From an uncultured delta proteobacterium (GTDB lineage Bacteria; Desulfobacterota; Desulfobacteria; Desulfobacterales; Desulfosalsimonadaceae), in NCBI GenBank assembly GCA_963826785.1, contig CAWGYD010000008.1, positions 320,001-384,000 of the forward strand: a stretch of 64,000 nucleotides of DNA, given 5' to 3'. The notes under the pieces are model-generated. The model ran no database searches. It was not told the DNA's origin and saw only the letters and a program-made list of their open reading frames with translations. Position numbers and translations under genes: made by a program. Position 1 is the first letter of the stretch, and each line of letters opens with the position of its first letter. Below are positions 10,552 to 18,170 of this stretch, piece after piece.

Positions 10552-12081
10552 TCAGTTGATGCGACTAAGATTTTTCCCAATTCGCCACCGTCTTTTTCCA
10601 TTAATGAAACTCGTCACCATTTCTTTTATTTCCGTTAAGGCGATTAGCGCAAACCCCAGGGGGAAAATGCACAAAAACGGAATAGCCGGCCAGGTGTGCC
10701 GCAGCCAGGCGAAATGCAGGGGCATCAGGGTATAAACCAAAAAGGCGATACTGAATATCATCGGATAAAATGAGTTGGGCTGTGCGTTAAGAGGGCTGCA
10801 AGCCAGGGAACGGCCGCAAGAGCCGTACTTGGGCGTCCTTTTGAAAACGCCCCCTCTGGTTTTCCATCCCCGTATCGCTGCTGCGGAGAGCACGGGCGCC
10901 ATCCCGATGCTGAAGGCCGGCAGCAGAAGAATGGTCATCAAAGGCGCAGCGGAGCGGGCGGCCAGTCCATAGACCAGGTAGTAAAACAGGATGGCACCCC
11001 CCGAGAACATGAACAGGGGCAAATCGACCTGGATAATCTGCCAGGGCCCGATTCCCGACCGGCTGACCAGGACGGGGAAAAGGGTGAGCGTGACCAGAAA
11101 TCCGAGGACCCAGCAGAAGTTCGACAACAGATGAACGGCCGCCTCGATCTTGACCCGGGCCGGCAGGCGGGACCGGAAAAGAGAGAAGAGCAGCTTGCGG
11201 GCTGTCTGGATCGACCCGGTTCCCCAGCGCGCCTGCTGGCTCCGGAAATCGGCCAGGCGCACCGGCAACTCGGAGGGAACCTCCACCTGGTCCAGGTATA
11301 CAAACCGCCACCCCTTCAATTGGGCCCGGTAGCTCAAGTCCAGATCCTCAGTGAGTGTGTCGGACTGCCACCCACCGGCGGAAATAATGGCTTTGCGGCG
11401 CCAGACGCCGGCGGTTCCGTTGAAATTGAAGAAGAGCCCCCGGCTGCATCGCACCTGGTGTTCGATGCTGAAATGGGGGGCGAGCAGCAGGGCCTGGAGC
11501 CGCGTGAGCCAGGAATCGTCGGCGTTTAAAAAGCCCCACCGGGTCTGGACCATGCCCACCTCCGGTTTTGAGAAAAACGGGAGGGTCCGTTTCAGATAAT
11601 CGGCAGGGGGCACAAAATCGGAATCGAACACCGCAATGTATTGTCCTGCCGCCCGGTTCAGGCCCGCCGCCAGCGCGCCCGCCTTGAATCCTTCCCGGGT
11701 TTTGCGGCGAAGGACGCGGACGCTGATGCCCCTTTTCCGCCAGTATGCAGACCGCAGGTCCACAATCTGCCGCGTTTCATCATCGGAGTCGTCCAGAACC
11801 TGGATTTCCAGCCTGTCGGTGGGCCAGTCCAACCCGGCCGCCGCATCGATAATGCGCGCCGCCACCCGTGGCTCGTTGTAAAGGGGGATCTGGACCGATA
11901 CACAGGGGTATGCGTGCATCTCCGGTGCAGGCGGTCCGCATTTCCCATGCGTTTTTCGCAAATTCAGCCAGCATCCCAGCATCCAAAGCCGGTGGATGCC
12001 ATAAAGGCAAATGCCGAAAAGCCCTGCAAAATGCAAAACGACTGCGATGCGGATAAATGTGGTCACTGCGCCCGTTGTCAT
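10552..12081 (-). CDS. Processive GT2 glycosyltransferase (cellulose-synthase-like, CslA/NdvC type)
   Basis: VQIPLYNE, QVLDDS, GFKAGAL, FDSDF, FNGTAG, TEDLDLS, QQARW motifs with flanking TM helices. Confidence 0.9.
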   Translation of the reverse strand: MTTGAVTTFIRIAVVLHFAGLFGICLYGIHRLWMLGCWLNLRKTHGKCGPPAPEMHAYPCVSVQIPLYNEPRVAARIIDAAAGLDWPTDRLEIQVLDDSDDETRQIVDLRSAYWRKRGISVRVLRRKTREGFKAGALAAGLNRAAGQYIAVFDSDFVPPADYLKRTLPFFSKPEVGMVQTRWGFLNADDSWLTRLQALLLAPHFSIEHQVRCSRGLFFNFNGTAGVWRRKAIISAGGWQSDTLTEDLDLSYRAQLKGWRFVYLDQVEVPSELPVRLADFRSQQARWGTGSIQTARKLLFSLFRSRLPARVKIEAAVHLLSNFCWVLGFLVTLTLFPVLVSRSGIGPWQIIQVDLPLFMFSGGAILFYYLVYGLAARSAAPLMTILLLPAFSIGMAPVLSAAAIRGWKTRGGVFKRTPKYGSCGRSLACSPLNAQPNSFYPMIFSIAFLVYTLMPLHFAWLRHTWPAIPFLCIFPLGFALIALTEIKEMVTSFINGKRRWRIGKNLSRIN

Positions 12082-12093
12082 TGATAATTATGA

Positions 12094-12116
12094 TCTAAAC
12101 CGAATATCGATTTAGA
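12094..12116. promoter_or_regulatory. Inverted repeat (candidate operator) in the AT-rich divergent intergenic region
   Basis: TCTAAAcCGA-ATA-TCGaTTTAGA, 10-bp arms with one mismatch. Confidence 0.45.
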
Positions 12117-12200
12117 ATTTCAATTTGAATTATTTAAATTTTTTATCTATTAAAATACGCACCGAATGGCAATGTAATTTTATCACTTCATGAAAAGAAT

Positions 12201-14021
12201 ATGATGCAGAAACCACGAAAGATCCGCGACACAAATGCCGGAGAGTCTCAAGAGTGCGTCGATTGCGGCCGGTGCGTGAAGGAATGCGCCTTCCTGGCCC
12301 GGTACGGCACCCCCGGCCAGGTCCTCAAAAACAGGGAGGCCGGCTCTCAGCTGGCGTTTGGCTGCAGCCTCTGTGGATTATGTACGTCCGTGTGCCCTGT
12401 GGATTTCGACCCGGCGGGGATGTTCCTGGAAATGCGGCGACAGGCGGTAAAAAAAGCGGGGGAGGTGCTTCCCGAGCACAAGGTCCTGCTGGCATATGAA
12501 CGCCGGGGCATGTCCAGGCGCTACACGTTCTATTCCCTTCCCGAAGGGTGCGACAGCGTGTTCTTCCCGGGGTGCACCCTGCCGGGGACCCGGCCGGAAA
12601 CCACGATTGCCGCTTTTGAAGCCCTGAAAAAAATGAAGCCCGCAACGGGCATTGTGCTGGACTGCTGCGGAAAGCCCTCCCATGACCTGGGCCGGACCGA
12701 ATTCTTTTCCGCCATGTTCGATGAAATGGCAAACTTCCTGTCAGGCGCAGGTGTCCGGCGCATCATCACCGCCTGCCCGAACTGCCACGCCATGTTTTCA
12801 AAACAGGGTGGAGCCTTTCGCGTCCAAACCGTTTACGAGGTCCTTGGCGCATCCGGCCGGCCGGCATCCGGGAAGGGGTGCCAAAGCGCGACGGTGACCG
12901 TCCATGACCCCTGCGTGCTGCGATTTGAGGCGGGTGTTCAGAATGCCGCCCGGGACCTGCTTGCCCAAAAAGGGCTTCAGATCGAAGAAATGGCCCACAG
13001 CCGAATAAATACCGTATGCTGCGGCGAGGGCGGGGCCGCAGGGTTTGTTCTGCCGGCGCATGCTGAAAACTGGGCCCGGATCCGCGAAGCCGAGGCCGCC
13101 GGCCGGACCGTGGTCACCTATTGTGCCGGGTGCGCGGGAAAGCTGAAAAAATATGTGCCAACCCTTCACCTGCTGGATGTCTTCTTTTTTAAAGAAACCG
13201 CCCTTGCCGGAAAAGCAAGGGTTTATCGACCACCCCTGACCTACTGGAACCGGATCAAATTGAAAAAGACCCTTAAAAAGAAATATCCGGCCGCGATTGC
13301 CCGGGAGCGCACCTTCACTGCGGACTCGCCAAAAATCAGACCCGCCGCTTTCAAAAAGTGGCTGCTTATCCTGGCCTTTGTCGCCCTGGTTGCCGGGGTT
13401 CAGATATCCGGAGCCGCCCGATTCCTCGAAGCCGGCGCTCTCGAAGATTGGGTCCACGGATTCGGCCCCTGGGCCCCGGCCATCTACATCCTTTTCTATG
13501 CCGCCGCCCCTGCCCTGTTTCTTCCCGGTCTTCCCATCACCATTGCAGGCGGCCTGCTCTTCGGTCCATTCTGGGGCGTGGTATACGCCATCACCGGCGC
13601 AACGGCCGGGGCATGCGCGGCCTTCATAATCGCCCGGTATGCCGCCCGGGACTGGGTGGTTTCAAAACTTTCCGGCCCGCGGTGGAAACGCCTGCATGCC
13701 GGCGTCGAATCCCAGGGGTGGAAAATCGTGGCCATCACCCGGTTGATCCCACTCTTTCCGTTCAACCTGCTCAATTATGCTTTCGGGGTTACCCGGGTCA
13801 GGTTTCTGACCTATGCCGTCACCTCGTTTATCTGCATGCTCCCCGCCTGCATCGCCTATATCGTCTTCGCCAGTTCATTGCCGGACCTCCTGGCCGGCAA
13901 TCTTTCGACCGGTCTGATTGCCGGGGTGGTGCTGATCGCCCTGGTGTCGGCGATACCGCTTGCATATCGCCGGTTTCGGGCAGGCAGGCGCCGGGAAGAG
14001 GTTGACGAACTCGCAGAATGA
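12201..14021 (+). CDS. Fe-S oxidoreductase (2x[4Fe-4S] plus two CCG domains, HdrD/GlpC-like) fused to a VTT/DedA (TVP38) membrane domain
   Basis: CVDCGRCVKEC, CSLCGLCTSVCP, FFPGC, DCCG, ACPNC, HDPC, CCGEGG, YCAGC; C-terminal FLPG...GGLLFG...RLIPLFPFNLLNYAFG. Confidence 0.88.
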   Translation: MMQKPRKIRDTNAGESQECVDCGRCVKECAFLARYGTPGQVLKNREAGSQLAFGCSLCGLCTSVCPVDFDPAGMFLEMRRQAVKKAGEVLPEHKVLLAYERRGMSRRYTFYSLPEGCDSVFFPGCTLPGTRPETTIAAFEALKKMKPATGIVLDCCGKPSHDLGRTEFFSAMFDEMANFLSGAGVRRIITACPNCHAMFSKQGGAFRVQTVYEVLGASGRPASGKGCQSATVTVHDPCVLRFEAGVQNAARDLLAQKGLQIEEMAHSRINTVCCGEGGAAGFVLPAHAENWARIREAEAAGRTVVTYCAGCAGKLKKYVPTLHLLDVFFFKETALAGKARVYRPPLTYWNRIKLKKTLKKKYPAAIARERTFTADSPKIRPAAFKKWLLILAFVALVAGVQISGAARFLEAGALEDWVHGFGPWAPAIYILFYAAAPALFLPGLPITIAGGLLFGPFWGVVYAITGATAGACAAFIIARYAARDWVVSKLSGPRWKRLHAGVESQGWKIVAITRLIPLFPFNLLNYAFGVTRVRFLTYAVTSFICMLPACIAYIVFASSLPDLLAGNLSTGLIAGVVLIALVSAIPLAYRRFRAGRRREEVDELAE

Positions 14022-14047
14022 GATGACCCGGCTGCGGCCATTCATGT

Positions 14048-15463
14048 TCAGGGAGAAACAGACATCAATCGGCCAAAAGCGGGGGCGGATGTTTTTGAAA
14101 ACTTTTTCGTAAAAAAAGCAATGGATGAGGCCGTCGCGGGCGCACCCCAGACCAGGGCGGTGGTCAGCAGATCCTGCTGCCAAACCCCCAGCAAAGAATA
14201 GGGGATCAGCACCCGGTAGGACAACAGAACGGAAAAAGAAGCGACCAGTCCCGCCGGCCCGGGAGAAAACGGCAGAAAGCCCGTGAGATAGAGCGCATAC
14301 CAGGGGTGCAGGGTGGGGGTAAGCAAAACATAGGCGAGGCAGATGCCATAGCAGGCATTGAAAGCGGATCTGACCCGCCCCGAAACGTCTTCTGCAAATT
14401 TTAAACGGCGGTAAAGCCGGGCATAAAGAATGCCGGAAGTGATGACAAATGCGACCAGTATGGCCATGCGCCGGATATCGGCGCTCCCTGTTGCATGGCG
14501 GAGCATTTGAAAGACCAGGCCTGAAAATTCCCAGTGCCGGACATACAGGGAAAGTGTGGGCAGGATGTTCCGGATGGCCGGCAGAAATGGCCATATCAGA
14601 AGCACGGCAAAGATGAATCCTGAAAACAGAAAAGCAGCCCTATGGCGCACAGGGCGGATCATCAGAAGGATCGCCGGCAGCAGCACCAGGGGGAAAAGCT
14701 TGGTGAGCACCGCCCCGGTCCAGCATGCGCCGGCAAGGCACGCAAAGGTCCATGATCGCGCCCGTTGCCCCAACGACCGGGTGATAAGCCAAAATGAGAA
14801 AAGGGTCAGGCAGAGACATGCCCCGTCGATGTGGCCGGAGCCGGCGATCTCGGCCGCGGGCAGCGGATGCCAGGCGTAGAGCAGCACGAACCAGGGCGAA
14901 ATTCCGGCCGTGCGCAAAAGGCTGATGATCAGCCAGCACGAGAATACATCGATTCCCGCCATAATCGCTTTCATGCCGGTGATGCCGCCTGTGAACGCGC
15001 CGGCGGCAAAGATCAGCTGTGCGGCCGGTGGGTAAATGGTGACCAGATGCGGGTGGTTGATCTGCGAAATCAGTGCGGCCATGGCGCCATTCGTCGACTG
15101 GACATGGAGAGGGGCCAGCCCGTAAGGGTTTTGGCCGGACAGCAGACGCATGCCGTCAAACACATACCGGTAGATGTCATCGGACAGGACCGGATCCTGA
15201 AATGCGAACACTGCCCGGATCGCGGCCGCTGTCAACAGCACCGCCGTTGCGGAGAAAGGGATGCGAAACCGGATCATTAAATAGGTTCCGGCCGCCACCA
15301 TAATCATGATCAGGGCATCAACGGCCAACCATTCGGGAACGCGGGCGGGCACGTTTAAGACAATTGCGGAAAGTGCATGGGAGAGGAAGATGAAAACACA
15401 GAAAAGAGGCACAATCCACCGGCTATCATGGCCTATTAACCTGTTCTGTATATTGCTGGTCAT
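14048..15463 (-). CDS. GT-C membrane glycosyltransferase, GT87/DUF2029-like (start uncertain)
   Basis: LSDDIYRYVFDG, TIYPPAAQ, LYAWHPL, GSGHID, TKLFP, HPWY motifs; polytopic. Confidence 0.82.
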   Translation of the reverse strand: MTSNIQNRLIGHDSRWIVPLFCVFIFLSHALSAIVLNVPARVPEWLAVDALIMIMVAAGTYLMIRFRIPFSATAVLLTAAAIRAVFAFQDPVLSDDIYRYVFDGMRLLSGQNPYGLAPLHVQSTNGAMAALISQINHPHLVTIYPPAAQLIFAAGAFTGGITGMKAIMAGIDVFSCWLIISLLRTAGISPWFVLLYAWHPLPAAEIAGSGHIDGACLCLTLFSFWLITRSLGQRARSWTFACLAGACWTGAVLTKLFPLVLLPAILLMIRPVRHRAAFLFSGFIFAVLLIWPFLPAIRNILPTLSLYVRHWEFSGLVFQMLRHATGSADIRRMAILVAFVITSGILYARLYRRLKFAEDVSGRVRSAFNACYGICLAYVLLTPTLHPWYALYLTGFLPFSPGPAGLVASFSVLLSYRVLIPYSLLGVWQQDLLTTALVWGAPATASSIAFFTKKFSKTSAPAFGRLMSVSP

Positions 15464-16264
15464 GGCATTTTATCTGTCCGACAACTGTTGTGGTGCGGAT
15501 ATCGGCATGATTGATGCCCAAGCCCTTCACTCCGGCCCGTCCGGCTGGGCGGTCCTGGACGCCCGGCCCGTGGACCGGTTTGCGGAAGGCCATATTCCCG
15601 GGGCGCTGCCGTTTTCATGGGAGAACCATACCAGAGTCGATGCCCGAAATATACCCTATCGTACATTTCCGCCGGAAGAGATGGCCCGGATACTCGGGGC
15701 CATGGGCATCAGTGAAACAACACCGGTGGTGATCTACGGGGATGCCGATACCAGCTGGGGGGAGAAGGCTGGTCCTGCTGGGTTTTTTCCTGGATCGGCC
15801 ACAAAGGGCCGGTACGGGTGATCGAGGGCGGCATCCAGGAGTGGACAAAGCATTATCCGCTGCAAACCGGAGGAGCATCACAGAAGCGCACCCCTGCGGT
15901 ATATAAATTTACTGTGGATAACCAAAGCTTGATCACCTGCCGGGAAATCAAGGCTGATCCTGCCTTGTTTACCCTGGTGGACACCCGGTCCTGGCTGGAG
16001 TGGATCAAGGGGTCCCTGCCGGGTGCGGTCCATATCCCCTGGACGGATTTTTACACCGGGGATACGCGGCAGCCGATCTCCGCATCGGCACTGTCCGGTT
16101 TGTTAAAAGAACATGGCGTATCTCTTGAAAAGCCCGTTGTCTATTTCTGCACCGGCGGCATCCGGTCCGGATACGCATGGATGGTGCATGAACTGGCCGG
16201 GCTTCCGCCTGCTTTAAATTTTGAGGGCGGTGTCGAGGCATGGCAACGGTTTCAAAAAAAATAG
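15390..16264 (+). CDS. Exported tandem-domain rhodanese/sulfurtransferase, split by a frameshift in the G-run 15757-15762
   Basis: ATG 15390 with GGGAGAGG RBS and signal-peptide-like N-terminus; LDARP, GHIPGA. One extra G restores TSWGGEGWSCWVFSWIGH...VIEGG. Catalytic FCTGGIRS. Confidence 0.82.
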
Positions 16265-16285
16265 CTGTCTCGAAATAACAGTCAC

Positions 16286-18070
16286 TTGATTATCGAAACC
16301 CATCGTTCATTTTTCACAGTCGCAGCGGCCGCAGTGCTTTTGTGGTGGGGAACGGCCTTTCTGGAAGGGACGCGCGCTTTCCCATTCCTGGCTGCGTTCC
16401 TGTGGGGGCTGACCCTTTTCCTGGTGATGCTTTTTCCCCGGCACCGGGATACAAGGGCTGACTGGACTTGGATTCTGATCCTGGCGTTTGCATGCCAGGC
16501 GGGAATACTCGTTTCTGAATTTGCCGGGAATGGCTTCGATTGGACGATCGTTGCGTCCCGAATGCTCGACGTTGTGACTGTGCTGTTTCTATCGGGTGTT
16601 CTGCTCCGGCGGGGGCTTCCGATGCGATGGGCCCTGCTCTATGCCTGCAATCCCCTGGCGATGCTTGCCCCCGGAAGTGGGGGCGCGTCGATCCTTGTTT
16701 TTTGGGTAACTGGCGCTTTATATCTCTACCATGCGGACAAGTGGCGCCTGATGTACCTGCTGCTGGGCGCGGGCGCTGCCACCTCGCCCCTCTTTATTGT
16801 CTTTGCCGGGTTTTACATCAACCGAAACAATATCCGGTACCTGGGATGGGTTCTTCCGGGCATGGGGGCTTTTCTATTTTTAATGATCACAGCCGGCATG
16901 CCCGCCCTTGTGGACGGCGGGATGCAGAATGTGGGTGAACCCGCCCTTTCCGGTCCTTTAGCTGTCCTGATTCCGGATTTTATCTTCCTTCAGCTTGTGA
17001 GCCGGCAGGTGCTGTTATGCCTCGCCCTGGCGCCGGCCCTCTGGCTTTTACATCCTGTCCGGCCCGGCCGGTTAAGGAATGACCCGGTGCCGGGCCTGTT
17101 TTTTGCCGCGGGGCTTATCCTTTTCACCACCCCCCGGGTGCTGCCGGCATTCTTTATGCTGCTCGCCCCTTTTATCGTGCTTTGCCCCAACGCCCTATGG
17201 TGCTTTTTCTACCTGGTTCTGTTTTTCCTGCCCCAGGTTCCGCCGGGTCCCAGCGAAGCGTGGTTTGCCCTCTGGTGGAGTCCCCTGTATGCCGCTGTTC
17301 TTCTGGCCGGGTTCTGCCAATGGAAGCGGTTTACGTCCGATATGCGCCCTTTCCCCTGCCGCAGCATTTCGGTGGTTATTCCGGCTTTGAATGAACAAGG
17401 GCATATCGGCTCCTGCATCGCCAGCATCCGCGCCGCTTGCCCCTCGGCCGAGGTCATCGTGGTGGACGGCGGGTCCTCCGACCTCACCCGGACCATCGCT
17501 CAGCAGAACGGCGCCCGTGTGGTGGTGAATGCCCGGCATTTTGAAAACGGCGGCGGCAGGGGCGGACAGATCCGGACGGGAGTTCACTGTGCCATTGGCG
17601 ATGTCGTTGCCGTGGTGCACGCGGACGCGCAAGTCCCGCAGGGCGCATTGAATCGGATGCTGGACGTGCTGAACAAAAACCCCGGCGTGGCGGGCGGCGT
17701 CCTGGGATGCCGGTTTAATGCCAAAAGCCCCTGCCTCACCCTGGTGGAGTGGCTAAATGATGTGCGGATGGCCTTTTTTGGCATCGGGTTCGGGGACCAG
17801 ATCCAGTTTTTCCGGCGACACCCGGTGGTGGACAACCAACTCTTACCGGCGATCCCTCTGATGGAGGATGTTGAGCTTTCGATCCGGCTGGCGGGCCTGG
17901 GCCGGCAGGTGCATCTGTTTGAAAAGGTAACGGTGTCCTCCCGGCGCTGGCAGCAGAAAGGGGCGACAAACGGCTTGATGGTCATCGGGCAGGTGGCGCT
18001 CTATCTGGTAAAACGTTTGCGGGGGGTGCCGGATACTGCCGGCATTTACAAACGGTATTATTCAGCGTGA
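16286..18070 (+). CDS. Fusion of an N-terminal polytopic GT-C-like domain and a C-terminal GT2 domain of TIGR04283 type (rSAM/selenodomain-, arsenosugar-associated)
   Basis: N-part has LLYACNPL and many TM helices. C-part has SVVIPALNE, VVDGGSSD, GRGGQ, HAD, FGDQ, PLMEDVE, SSRRW. Confidence 0.8.
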   Translation: MIIETHRSFFTVAAAAVLLWWGTAFLEGTRAFPFLAAFLWGLTLFLVMLFPRHRDTRADWTWILILAFACQAGILVSEFAGNGFDWTIVASRMLDVVTVLFLSGVLLRRGLPMRWALLYACNPLAMLAPGSGGASILVFWVTGALYLYHADKWRLMYLLLGAGAATSPLFIVFAGFYINRNNIRYLGWVLPGMGAFLFLMITAGMPALVDGGMQNVGEPALSGPLAVLIPDFIFLQLVSRQVLLCLALAPALWLLHPVRPGRLRNDPVPGLFFAAGLILFTTPRVLPAFFMLLAPFIVLCPNALWCFFYLVLFFLPQVPPGPSEAWFALWWSPLYAAVLLAGFCQWKRFTSDMRPFPCRSISVVIPALNEQGHIGSCIASIRAACPSAEVIVVDGGSSDLTRTIAQQNGARVVVNARHFENGGGRGGQIRTGVHCAIGDVVAVVHADAQVPQGALNRMLDVLNKNPGVAGGVLGCRFNAKSPCLTLVEWLNDVRMAFFGIGFGDQIQFFRRHPVVDNQLLPAIPLMEDVELSIRLAGLGRQVHLFEKVTVSSRRWQQKGATNGLMVIGQVALYLVKRLRGVPDTAGIYKRYYSA

Positions 18071-18108
18071 CAAAGATGCGGGACTGCATCCGGCCCATCG
18101 GGCTGAAG

Positions 18109-18140
18109 CATGGAGGGGCCGTTGAAACGGCCCCTCCATG
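18109..18140. terminator. Strong hairpin between convergent genes (probable bidirectional terminator)
   Basis: CATGGAGGGGCCGT-TGAA-ACGGCCCCTCCATG perfect stem; a second hairpin GATCGGTTGAACCGATC follows at about 18145-18161. Confidence 0.7.
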
Positions 18141-18170
18141 AGAATGATCGGTTGAACCGATCGGCAAAGG

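Noticed and set aside
15757..15762. Programmed frameshifting or phase variation at the G6 run and similar runs
   Set aside because: The runs are short, and similar indels occur throughout unrelated genes; sequencing error is more parsimonious
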